From assembly GCA_027251445.1 (NCBI GenBank), contig JAPNQO010000106.1, positions 1-29,627 of the forward strand: DNA of 29,627 bases, given 5' to 3'. Shown one piece after another: positions 17,321-29,300 of the stretch (its first letter is position 1; each line of letters opens with the position of its first letter). The notes under the pieces were generated by a model. It did not search any database and was not told the origin of the DNA. It saw nothing but the letters and a program-made list of their open reading frames with translations. The translations under genes and the position numbers were made by a program. This DNA is from Fidelibacterota bacterium (GTDB lineage: Bacteria > Fidelibacterota > Marinisomatia > Marinisomatales > TCS55).

Positions 17321-18591
17321 AAAAACATATGAAAATAAGCGAAAAAAATATTGAAATAGGAATTGATATTGGTACTTCTAAAATATGTTGTCTAATTGCT
17401 GAAATTAAAACTGATGAAGGATCAAATAAAATATTAGGAGTTGGAAAAGCACCTTGCCAAGGGATGAAAAAAGGTTCAATTATCCATAGAGATAAAGTCA
17501 TGGAATCTATAGAAGTTGCAGTGCGTGAAGCGGAGTTAATGTCCGGAGTAAAGGTGAATCATGCAACAGTTTCTATATCAGGCAATCATATTAGGGGAAT
17601 AAATACTCAAGGTGCAATTGCTGTACAAAAAGGATCAGCAAGTAATGTGCCAATGGAACAAGAGATAACACAAAACGACGTTTCTAGAGTGCTTGAGCTT
17701 GCAAAAGCTGTTTCATTGCCAATAGATAGAGAAATATTACATATCTTGCCACAAGAATATCTTATAGACACCATGGATAGTATAAAAAATCCAGTTGGTA
17801 TGTCAGGCAGAAGACTTGAAGCAAAGGTTCATTTGATCACAATGGCGGCTACAACTGCAAAAAATTTAGTTAATTGTGTTCATGAACTTGCTATTGATGT
17901 TGAAGGTCTAGTTTTTCAAGGTCTTGCGTCATCAATTGCAACACTCGATAATGATGAGAAAGATATGGGTGTAGCAGTTGTTGATATTGGCGCAGGAACC
18001 ACTGATATAACGGTATTTTATGATGGTGGAATACGACACTCAGCAGTAGTAGATGTTGGTGCAAGCACTGTTACAAATGATATAGCTGTTATGTTACAAA
18101 TAGGCATGGATGATGCGGAACAGATTAAAATGAAATATGCTTCTGCCAAAGCTTCTATGTCATCAACAGAACTTGAATTTGATCTTCCTGTCAAAAATGG
18201 TGGGATTGCTCGTAAAGTATCAGAGCATGAATTATCTCGCTATGTCGAAGCTCGAATGATTGAATTAATGCAACTTGTAGGAAGGGAAATTTCAAGAGCT
18301 GATATAAATGAACAATTAACATATGGTGTAGTATTAACTGGTGGAGGAGCTATGTTGCGGAATCTCGTTCCTCTTGCACAGGAAAAATTTAATTTGCCTG
18401 TAAGAATAGGTCAGCACAAAAATTTTAGCGGTGCAGTAGATATCGCTTCTACTGCAGATTATACAGCAGCCATTGGATTAACCCAATGGAACAGCGTTAC
18501 CAGAGATATGGTAATGAAAGATGTAACTGTTACACCCATAGGGAAAGCAGTTACAAACATAAAAGATTGGGTCAGAGGACTCTTTACATGA
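17317..18591 (+). CDS. ftsA: Cell division protein FtsA
   Basis: GIDIGTSKI, DIGAGTT, VLTGGGA actin-like motifs; C-terminal amphipathic helix IGKAVTNIKDWVRGLF. Confidence 0.97.
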   Translation: MKKHMKISEKNIEIGIDIGTSKICCLIAEIKTDEGSNKILGVGKAPCQGMKKGSIIHRDKVMESIEVAVREAELMSGVKVNHATVSISGNHIRGINTQGAIAVQKGSASNVPMEQEITQNDVSRVLELAKAVSLPIDREILHILPQEYLIDTMDSIKNPVGMSGRRLEAKVHLITMAATTAKNLVNCVHELAIDVEGLVFQGLASSIATLDNDEKDMGVAVVDIGAGTTDITVFYDGGIRHSAVVDVGASTVTNDIAVMLQIGMDDAEQIKMKYASAKASMSSTELEFDLPVKNGGIARKVSEHELSRYVEARMIELMQLVGREISRADINEQLTYGVVLTGGGAMLRNLVPLAQEKFNLPVRIGQHKNFSGAVDIASTADYTAAIGLTQWNSVTRDMVMKDVTVTPIGKAVTNIKDWVRGLFT

Positions 18592-18623
18592 ACCACATGA
18601 CCAATACCAAACCTAACCAACCA

Positions 18624-18632
18624 AGGAAGGAG
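18624..18632 (+). promoter_or_regulatory. Shine-Dalgarno sequence of ftsZ
   Basis: AGGAAGGAG ending 7 nt before ATG 18640; the only long intergenic leader inside the operon. Confidence 0.8.
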
Positions 18633-18639
18633 CAGTGAA

Positions 18640-19848
18640 ATGCTGTTTGAATTCGATAGTCTAGCAGAACAAAAAGCTAAGTTAAAAGTAATCGGTATCG
18701 GAGGTGCTGGCGGAAATGCCACAAACCGTATGATCCAAGCTGGTATGCAAGGAGTAGATTTTATTGCAATTAATACTGATGCACAAGATCTCGAGAATAA
18801 TGCTGCCGAAAATAAAATACAAATTGGTAAAAATCTCACTAAAGGACTTGGAGCAGGAGCTCAAGCAGAGGTGGGCCGAGAAGCAGTTCAATCTGATCAA
18901 GAAGCGATAGAAGCTATCTTGGAAGATGCTGATATGGCATTTGTAACTGCAGGTATGGGTGGCGGAACCGGTACTGGAGCAGCTCCAATGATAGCAAAGC
19001 TATCAAGAGAGATGGGAATATTAACTGTCGGTATCGTAACCTTACCATTTAATTTTGAAGGTCCAAAAAGAATGAATAGGGCATTAGAAGGTATAGCTGA
19101 ATTACGTAAAGCATGTGATACAGTTATTGCTATTCCAAATCAGAAGTTGATGTCCATTGTAGAAACAGACACTACAGTTGTAGAAGCCTTTCAATTGGCA
19201 GACTCAGTTCTTCATCAGGCTGCAAAAGGAATATCAGATTTGATTAATGTTCATGGATTAATCAATCTTGATTTTGCAGATGTACAAACAATTATGAAAA
19301 AGATGGGTGAAGCAATCATGGGTACAGGTGTAGCTCAAGGAGAAGAAAGAGCTGTATTAGCTGCTCAACAGGCAATATCAAGCCCATTATTGGATGATGC
19401 TTCTATTAGCGGCGCACAAGGTGTATTAGTGAATATTACCGGAAGTGCAGACCTAACACTTTTAGAAGTAGATGCGGCAACAAATATCATATTTGAAGAA
19501 GCTGGTAAGGATGCAAATATAATTTTTGGTGCAGTTATAGATCCTTCTCTTGGTGATGAAATACGAGTAACAGTTATTGCCACAGGGTTCAATCAAGGTC
19601 AGTATGTATCAGAAAAAGAACCAGCAGTTGAAGAAGTTGCAGCTCCTATACCACAACGCCCAACTCAAGAGTTGTTAGATCAGATGAATCAACCTGTATT
19701 TAAACAACAAGATGACCCAGAAGAGCCTACTGTTGAAGCTCCACAGCAGGAAACTCCTAAACCATCTTTTAAGTTTGATGATACAAATCCTGCAATCTAT
19801 GGAGAAGACCTGGATGTACCTGCTTTTATTCGCAGGCAACAGGACTAA
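18640..19848 (+). CDS. ftsZ: Cell division protein FtsZ
   Basis: VIGIGGAGGNA, GMGGGTGTG tubulin signature, NLDFAD, acidic Pro-rich linker, C-terminal DLDVPAFIRR peptide. Confidence 0.99.
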   Translation: MLFEFDSLAEQKAKLKVIGIGGAGGNATNRMIQAGMQGVDFIAINTDAQDLENNAAENKIQIGKNLTKGLGAGAQAEVGREAVQSDQEAIEAILEDADMAFVTAGMGGGTGTGAAPMIAKLSREMGILTVGIVTLPFNFEGPKRMNRALEGIAELRKACDTVIAIPNQKLMSIVETDTTVVEAFQLADSVLHQAAKGISDLINVHGLINLDFADVQTIMKKMGEAIMGTGVAQGEERAVLAAQQAISSPLLDDASISGAQGVLVNITGSADLTLLEVDAATNIIFEEAGKDANIIFGAVIDPSLGDEIRVTVIATGFNQGQYVSEKEPAVEEVAAPIPQRPTQELLDQMNQPVFKQQDDPEEPTVEAPQQETPKPSFKFDDTNPAIYGEDLDVPAFIRRQQD

Positions 19849-19875
19849 AATAGATAATTTATTAGGCTAGATCAT

Positions 19876-19911
19876 GATATAGTTGTTGGTTGGCTAAGGT
19901 ACAACTATATC
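19876..19911 (+). other. ftsZ 3' UTR stem-loop (11-bp perfect stem, 14-nt loop)
   Basis: GATATAGTTGT (19876-19886) is the exact reverse complement of ACAACTATATC (19901-19911); loop TGGTTGGCTAAGGT. Confidence 0.8.
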
Positions 19912-19922
19912 TAGGAATGAAT

Positions 19923-19959
19923 AAAAAAAAACAGCCCTCAATAGAGGGCTGTTTTTTTT
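19923..19959. terminator. Bidirectional intrinsic terminator shared by ftsZ and rpmB
   Basis: A9-CAGCCCTC-AATA-GAGGGCTG-T8 between convergent genes. Confidence 0.95.
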
Positions 19960-19980
19960 ACGAATTAAATGTAATAAAGA

Positions 19981-20217
19981 TTAAATTTTCTTTCCCTGAG
20001 CGCGTAAATCATTTACCACGCGACGTATCCCCTTTTTATCAATTAGACGCATTCCCTGAGTAGAAACATTTAAAGTAATATAACGGCTTTCATCGGCAAG
20101 CCAGAATCGTTTCTTTTGTAGATTTATATTAAACCTTCTTCGGGTTTTATTGTTAGCATGGCTCACATTATTCCCAAACATTGGTTTTTTTCCAGTCACA
20201 TCACAAACTCGACTCAT
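19981..20217 (-). CDS. rpmB: 50S ribosomal protein L28 (bL28)
   Basis: [29 protein letters not shown]...NLQ; GAGGA SD-like sequence upstream on the - strand. Confidence 0.97.
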   Translation of the reverse strand: MSRVCDVTGKKPMFGNNVSHANNKTRRRFNINLQKKRFWLADESRYITLNVSTQGMRLIDKKGIRRVVNDLRAQGKKI

Positions 20218-20255
20218 AATTTTCCTCTATAATTTTTTCATGAAAAATGTCAGCG

Positions 20256-20283
20256 AATTTACAGGATATTAGGATTTTGGCAA
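20256..20283 (-). promoter_or_regulatory. Candidate sigma70 promoter for rpmB
   Basis: - strand TTGCCA (20283-20278), 16-bp spacer, TAAATT (20261-20256). AT-rich context weakens the call. Confidence 0.4.
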
Positions 20284-20325
20284 ATGGAAAGGTCATTAAT
20301 TATAATTTTTAACATATTTGAAGTT

Positions 20326-23300
20326 TTATTTCACTAATAACATTTTTAATGATTTACGATATGGACCACTTTGTAAATAATAAAAATACATACCTGCTCC
20401 AACATTTTGTCCATATTGGTTACGTCCATCCCATCTTGTACTGTAATATCCAGCTTTCATATCTTTTTTCACTAGTGTGACCACTTCCCTACCAAGCAAA
20501 TCATATATCAGTAATCTTGTAAATCCTGTCTCAGGTAAATCATACATAATGGTTGTAGATGGATTAAATGGATTCGGATAATTATGATGTAAAGAATACT
20601 CATCTGGTATTGCTCTTATTTGCATGCTTTTCATACCCTGGCTAATAATATTCTCATCATTTCCATAAATTGTATATCCAATAGAAATTGGAGTATCATT
20701 ACGATCAAATGATTTACTGTCAAAAATAATTTCACTTTGGTTTGTATTAATAGAGTTAGCCCACTCTACTAAAATCTTTCCAACAGACTCATCAGTACTA
20801 CTTAAATAAATATTGTCTTCTGTAGTTATATCGCTTTTAGTAGAAAATCTCTTACTATTAGATGGATATTCAATAAATATTTGTCCAGCTACCGCACCTT
20901 CAGGTAAAGATACAACAATTGACTTATCTATCTGTTCAACAGCAAGCCTACCTCCTATTTCTGGCATGGATCCTGTAATTAAGGGTAATGATCTATTTGA
21001 CCAATACCACATTTGTACAAAAGCCATAATATCACGTAAATCAAAAATATTATTTGGTGTAGGTATAAAATGAGGTACCGTTCCTGATATAGGTCCTAAT
21101 TCATATGCAAAATCTTGATTTGTTAACGCAGTTTTAAATGCATTAAGGTCTAAGACATCAATCTGAAAATTATTATCATAATCTGCTAATAAATATGTTG
21201 TATATGTTAGTTCCTTGGAGTCTGTTTCGTTATCAGACCAATCTAAAATATTATTTATTTCAATATTTATAGTATCAAGAGATCCATGTGGTTCTAAAAA
21301 GTGAATTATTATTGCAGTATCCTCTGCAGAATAGGTTGAATAAAGATTAATATTATCATAAGCAATACTTGATGCTGTGATATCGCCAATATCTGACAAT
21401 GGTTGTGTGAAGTGGATAGTCAAAGTGCTATCCGCAGCATTCAGGAAGTTTATTGGGTTTGGATTTGCTCTGGTAATTAATGCTGATTGCGGTATACCCA
21501 TAACATCACTTGTAAAAGGACTTTCATTACCAGGTATATCGGTTGCTGTTATGCGGAAATAATATGTATTTCCATCTTCAAAGTTTGGCATGAAAGCTTC
21601 AGCTGATGAATCGGCTGTTGTTAAAAGTAAGGTCGTCGGGTTTTCATCAGTCCCACCATATACTGAATAATGATTTAGATCTACTTCTTGGTTATGATCC
21701 CATTCAATAAAAATTCTTTCAGAAGTAAACCACGCGACCAAATTCATAGGACTAGAAGGAGCAGATAGATCTATCAGCACCCCATCACTTATAAGAGTTT
21801 CACCAACATTATACACACTATCAATTCCACGAATTTGAACATTGTAAGTAATGTTTTCTTCTAATGAAAGATCGCTAATAGTACATAATGTATCTAAGGT
21901 CTGTGTCCAAGGAGTTATGTATTGAGAATTATTCATATCATACAATGCATATTCATAGGTTAAGAATCCAGAACCATCCTCTATAAACTGTTTCCAATTA
22001 GCTTGAAATATATTTATATAATTTTGTCGATCTATATCTACAGAGTCACCATCAAATACCCATATACCGGCAGGACCAGTAAAATCAGTAATAATCCCAT
22101 TACTAGACACTATTGGTGAAATATTATTTACTTGATCTACTGCTCTAATAGAAAAGTAATAAGTGATAGTCTCTTCCAATTCAAGACTCGCTGAAATAGT
22201 TATATTTTCTCCCGCAGAAACCCAATCTCCTGTTATGTCAATCGCTTCCGGAGAAGTCCCTACAGCATATTCATAACGAAGTATACCGCTAGTAGTATCA
22301 ACAAAGCCTTCCCAGTTTGCTACTAAGTTTGTATCTGAAGGCGTATACGATTCATCATCATGTAAACCATCGTAAACAAACCCTACAGTTGGTGGATATA
22401 AATCAGCCATAATACCATCACTAGATTCTACCGTTGATACATTTCCTGCCATATCGTACGCACGGATATTTGCATAGTACACTGTCTCATGTGTAAGGGA
22501 AAAGTTAGGTATAGTTACCTGTGTTTCTGATCCATTATCAGTCCATGAAATTATATTCGTGTCTCCAGGAGAACTTCCAACAGAATACTCATAAAATGAA
22601 ATCTCTCGAGTATCGTTTCCTGACCAATAAATTCCCAATGTATCCGAAGGTCCTTGATAATCTAGATCAACAGGTCCGCCATCATTAGGAGCCCCTACTG
22701 TTGGATCAAAAATATCAACTACTATTCCATTGCTGGTTGATATAGGTGAAATATGTCCTACAATATCAGTAGCTCTTACCGATCCATAGTATGTTGCATC
22801 ATGAATAAGATCAAGATTACTTACTGTAACATTTGTATCTAATCCATTCTCTGTCCAAGTTAAAACATTCGTAGCGCCTGGTGTAGTTCCTATGGCATAC
22901 TCATAGGAAGATATACCACTTACTGTATCAATAAATCCACTCCATGAAATATCTAATGTGCTATCACTATTTGTCCAATCCGTATCTCCAGCCAAACCAT
23001 CATATACAATACCAGACACTGGTGTTCCATAATCAATCGTTACTCCGTCCGAAGAAAAGACGTTTGAAACATTACCTGCTAAATCAGTAGCTTTTATAAG
23101 AAAAAAGTATGTTTCCTGATCGGCCAATGATGATAACGTATCTATTACATAATTGGAAGAAAGACCAACACTATCCCAGCTAGGAATATTATCAAATCTA
23201 GATGTGTCATCTGTAAAGGCTACTTCATAATTCACAATATTACTAACCGTATCTGTAAACCCTGTCCAATTTGCAGATAATGTAGTAGTGGATTGTGTAT

Positions 23301-26300
23301 AATCAATATCCGTGTTCAATCCATCATGAATGGTACCTAATAATGGTGGTGTTAAATCAATAAGAATCCCATCACCAGAAAATAAATCAGAACGATTTCC
23401 AGCAATATCAATTGCTCGAACAGATACATAATAATTTAAACCATCATTCAAATGTACAGAATCACTAAGCATATTTAAGGTGTAAGCATTTTCAATTGTA
23501 TACCAATCGATAATATTTGAATCTTCCCTGGCAGAACCAAGTGCTACTTCATAGTGTGATACACCAGAACCGGGACTAACATCTATACCCTGCCAACTGG
23601 ATGATAATACACTATCAATATTTTGTATATCAATATCATTCGAAATTGAACCTTCATTCACATAATAAATTTGTGGTGCATCCATATCAATGGTAAATCC
23701 ATCAGAAGTAACCGTATTGGATACATTTGAAACACTATCAATAGCGCGAATAGATACGAAATAGGTACTATCTCTTTCAAAAGATACCGAAACAGTTGCC
23801 ATACTATTATTCCGTGAAGCAGTAGTCCAATTTAATAGCTCTAATATATTTGTACCGGTTCCAATGGCATATTCATAATAACTAATTCCGCTTAATGAAT
23901 CGTCAAAATCATGCCAAGTGAACGTTATTGTTGTATCAGAATTATGCCAATCTATATCACCTACAGATCCATCTATAGCACTTCCCGATTGAGGAGATTC
24001 TGTATCAACTACAATGCCATTCGTACTAACAATTGGAGATAAATTACCTGCACCATCAACACCGCGAAGAAATATTTGATAAGTGGATGCATTGTTTAGA
24101 GAAAGATTTGTCACTGTCCAGCTATTAGTATCAGCAATATCTGTCCAAGGTAAAATAACCGTATCTAATTCATCATTAATAGATAGTTTATATGATACAA
24201 CACCACTACGATCATCACTAAACCCTGCCCAGCTAATTGTTAAGTTGGTATCAGATCCTGTATAGCTTAAATCAGTTGTTATGCCATCAAATACGGATCC
24301 AGATGTAGGATCTGTCAAGTCAATTAAAACTCCATCACCTAATGAAGGTGAAGAAATATTTCCAGCTATATCTGTTGCAACCACGCTAAGAAAATATATG
24401 GCTCCTTCAATTAGTGGTTGATAGGAAGGAAAAATCACCGTATCAGCTGTTGCCGCACCCACTGAAGTCCAAGGAACAATTTGAGATCCTCCTGCACTTA
24501 CGCCTATAGCATATTGATAATTTGCAACGCTTGTGGCAGAATCAAATGCAGCCCAAGAAACAAAGAGTGAATCCGATAAATTCTGAAAATCCTTGTCAGC
24601 TCCTCCAGCAGATATAATTGCACCTTCAGATATTGCTGTAAATATTGGCGCAGAATTATCGATAATAAATGTCTTCGATCCCTTTAATGAATTAGAAGAA
24701 CCAGGCGTAGGAAGTTCTAAAATACCCGCACTTCCAAGAATATCAACAATATTGCCTCCATTAAAGGTTAATGAACTATCTGAAGCATAATCCAGATCCC
24801 TAGTATTATCCAGACTGGAAATAATGTAACTAAATGTTAATGTATTTGTATTCGTACCACTTATATAGTTTGCTCTTGCACTTGATGATCCAGTTCGCAA
24901 CATGAGTTGAGGAACACCTGTAACAATGACGGACTCATTAAAACTAATAGTTAACATTAAAGTATCTCCTGCAATAAAAAATCCATCATCTAAACTAGAA
25001 GAAACAGAAACCACACGAGGAACGGATCCATTTACAAAAATGTCTTTGTTATCAGATAAGGAATTACCAGAACCTATTACTGGCATCGTTAACAATGTGT
25101 TATTACCAGCAGTATCAACAATTGATCCACTATTCAAATTAATAGGGTTTGAACTGCGGTATTCTAAATCAAGAGAATTATCCGAACTTTGCACTGTGTA
25201 AAGAAATGTTAAAATATTTCCACCTGATCCACTACTATATTCTACTATTGCATCGTCGGATCCTGTCTCAAGAGCTAATTGAGGGGTTCCAGAAACTATA
25301 ACAGGCTCAGAAAATATTAGCTGTATTGGAATCTGGGAATCCATTGTGTAATTGCTATCTGCCGATGAGGAATTAACAGATATAACTGATGGAGATAATC
25401 CATCAATTGCTAACGCCTTCGTACCACCTAGAGAACTTGCTCCACCTTTTTGTGGAAGAGTTAAATCTGCCCCACTGCTATCACTATCTAAAATGGTCCC
25501 ACCATTCAATAATAATGCAGCAGTGCTATTATAATCCAAATCTCTTGTTGTATCGCCTTCTTGAACCGTGTAATTGAATGTTATTATGGTTGTATCATCA
25601 CCACTGACATAATTTGCAATAGCATCGGTTGACCCTGTCTCAAGTAAAAGCTGTGGTGTACCTGATACTGAGACTGGTTCAGAAAATGTAATGCTAACCG
25701 CTATGATACTACCAAGATTATATGTCCCATCTGTTTCTGAAGAAGTAATAGAAACAACTGAAGGTATTCCTGAAGCAAGAGGATTCTCAATTGCGCCAAG
25801 ATCTGGATTACTTCCAGAGGGAGTGGGACGGACAGTGCCAATTGCATCTATAGCAGGAACAGCAAAATTTGTTCCATAGAACACTGTATTTAATCTTCCA
25901 GAACCAATTTGATTACTCGTGCTGGATAATGAATAATCTTTATTACTTGAATTCGTAAATGGATCAAGATCTGAAAATGTATTATTTGATCCTCGAATGA
26001 TATCTAATTGACTATCTATTTCTGAAAAATAATTATTATAGGCAACTAACTTTCCATTTGACTTATAGATACCATCATCATTATTGTAAAAAATATTATT
26101 AACAAGTAGACTACTATCCAGACCTGTTTCAATCATCATAGCAGCCCCATTTCGACCCGATGGAACTCTGTTTGCGGCAAAAGATGAGTTTAATACTTTT
26201 AATCTTCCTGAAGTATATATTCCACCAGCATCCTGTTGGGTAGAATTACTATAAATCAATGTCCCTTTAATTACTGTATTATCATCTTGAATATTCATCC

Positions 26301-29300
26301 CGCCACCTTTATTCACGCATTCGTTATTATAGAATTGTGAATTACTTACCGTAACAGAGCCACTATTGGTAGAGCTTACAAATAATCCGCCACCATCATT
26401 AGAAGCTAAATTAGAAAATACATGTAATTTATCTAGTGTTATAACACCGGATCCCTCAATAAAAATTCCACCACCATTATCCCCTAAACCATTTCGTAAA
26501 GATAAACCAGAAACAGCAACGGTTGAATTACCCACAATCGTTAAACAAGTAGCCTCGTTGTTTCCATTCACAATAGTAGAATCAGATCCGCTAAATGATT
26601 GAATAATTACATTCTGGTTATCAATAGATAAATTTTCTAGATAAGTACCCGGGTATACTAATACCGTATCATAATCAGATGTGGTTTCCACACAGGTTTG
26701 TATGGTAACAAAATCACCGGTGCTATCTTGCTTGACAGTATATTTTTGCGGTTTAGGTATTACATTAATATCACTGGATAAAGCACTCTCATTTCCTGCT
26801 ATATCAATTGCAGAAATTCGATAATAATAGGTAGTTCTATTTGTAAGTCCACTATGAGTATATGACTGTAAATTTGATCCCACCGTAATAAGTGAAGTCA
26901 CTGGACTTGCTGATGTATCCCCATACACCCTATATGATGCAATATCCCCATCCGTATTTGCTGTCCAAGTCAAGGTTACGTTTGTGTTGCCATCATCTGC
27001 TACAATACCTGTAGGTACTTGAGGGACTACACCATCAATGACCAACGCCTTATTCGCTTTAAGAGAATTTGTCTGACCTGGCGTAGGCAAAGTAAGGACA
27101 GCAGCTGTACCGCTTAAATCACGAATGGTACCACTATTTAAAGCAAGAGAGCTAGAGCTCGTATACCCTAAGTCACTGTTAGTATCTCCTGCCGCTACTG
27201 TATAAGTAAAAATAAGTACCGAGCTTCCTGAACCGCTCGTGTAGTTTACCACAGCATCCGTTGCTCCAGTTTCTAATGTAACCTGAGGGGTTCCTGTAAC
27301 AGAAACCGTTTCACTAAATGTCACTGTAATTGGGACCTGATCTCCAATCTTTGAATTACCATTTGAAATAGAGGATGAAACAGATACAACGGTTGGGGCT
27401 GCTTCATCAAATAGATCATCAGTATTATTAGTTTGAGTTCTTAAAGCTTCATTTCCGACACTATCATAAATCTTATCATTAATTGGAATGACAGTAAGAA
27501 TTTCGCTTCCATCTGGTGTACCAGACACCGTAAAACCTAATGTGTATACGTTTCCACTTGCACTAATACTTGTGGCAATAGAATCGGATAATGTCGCAGT
27601 TCCACCAGCCAGATATAACGCAAAATTACCTGCAACCATTGCTCCGCTTCCATTATTATTACTAAAAACAGCCTCGCTCATGGTAACAGCTACCAGAGCA
27701 TTATTTGCATTTACCACAACAGAAACGATGGATGGCGATAACTGATCATTCAATGTTGCCGTATTATTACTTTGTGTAGTACTTGCCTCATTGCCAGCAC
27801 CATCATAAATACCATCATTAACTGGAGAGACAGAAAGAACTTCGCTTCCATCTGGTGTGCCGGAAAGATCAATTCCAAGTGTGTAAACATTTCCTACCAC
27901 TGATATAGAAGTAGGATTTACTCTCTCCAGAGTAGCATTTCCACCTGTGATAGAAAAGCTGAAATCACTTGTCTCCAATGCACCACTTGCATTTACAGTA
28001 TTAAATACTCCCTCATTAAATGTTGCAGCAATAGTAGAGTTATCAGCTGCAATGGCAACTCCCGTTATATTTGGAAACAGCTGATCAATCACTAATTCTT
28101 TATTTGCAGAAAGTGAATTTGTGGCACCCGGAGTAGGCAATGTTAATGTAGCCACATGATTCAATGCATCTTTAATGGTGCCTCCATTGAGCGCAAGTGA
28201 ACTTGTGCCAACATAATCTAGATCTGTATTGGTATGACCAGTTGCAACCGTATAATTAAATAATAACGTAGAAGATCCCGAACCACTTACATAATTCACG
28301 ACCGCATCAGAAGACCCTGTTTCTAACGTAAGCTGAGGGGTTCCTGTAACCGTAACGACTTCACTAAATTCTACTGTAATAGCAATGACATCATCCGTAC
28401 GATATCTACCGTTGGCTGTGGTAGAAGAAACAGACGCAACTGTAGGTACAGCAGTATCTATAAGCAGAGCTTTGTTCGCTGAAAGTGAATTTGTCTCTCC
28501 TGGAGTTGGTAGAGTCAAATAGGCATTACGATTTTCTGAATCTTTAATAGTACCACTATTAAGCGCAAGGGCATCTGCTCCAGTATAATCTAAATCGGCA
28601 CTATTTTGCCCCGTGGCAACCGTATAATTAAATGTTAATGTTGCGGTTCCTGTTCCGCTTGCATAATTGATTACTGCATCAGAAGATCCAGTCTCTAATG
28701 TGAGTTGTGGAGTTCCTGTCACCGTAACTGCTTCTGTAAAGGTTATGGTAATGACTATTGCATCGTCAGCTTTATAGCTACCGTTGGCTGTCGTGGATGT
28801 TACCGTAGATACTAGTGGAATTGTTTGATCATATAGGGTAACAGAATTATTACTCTGACTAGTACTAGCCTCATTTCCTGCAGCATCGTAGATCCCATTA
28901 TCTACAGGAACTACGGTTAATGTTTCACTACCATTCGGTGTTCCTGAGATTCCTATCCCAACCGTAAATATATTTCCATTTATAGCGATGCTCGTTGGAG
29001 TAGCACTCGATAATGTGGCTGCCCCACCACTTATCGATAATGCAAAGTCACTTGCCTCTAGGGCTCCGCTTGCGTTTACTGTATTAAATACTGCTTCGTT
29101 CATGGTAACCGCGATGGTGCTATTATCTAAAGCAAGAGATACAGAAGATATGACAGGTACAGCCTGATCAATTACGATGTCTTTGTTTGCAGCAAGAGAG
29201 TTTGTCTCTCCCGGTGTTGGCAGTGTTAATACAGCATTATTTCCAGCAGCATCCTTTATGGTACCACTATTGAGGGCAAGAGCAGATGTACTATGATAAT

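Noticed and set aside
1451..27745. Short alternative-frame and antisense ORFs from the ORF track (e.g. 1451-1819, 3507-3719, 5872-6090, 18459-18839, 24926-25201)
   Set aside because: All overlap well-supported genes and show no recognisable motifs; expected shadow ORFs.
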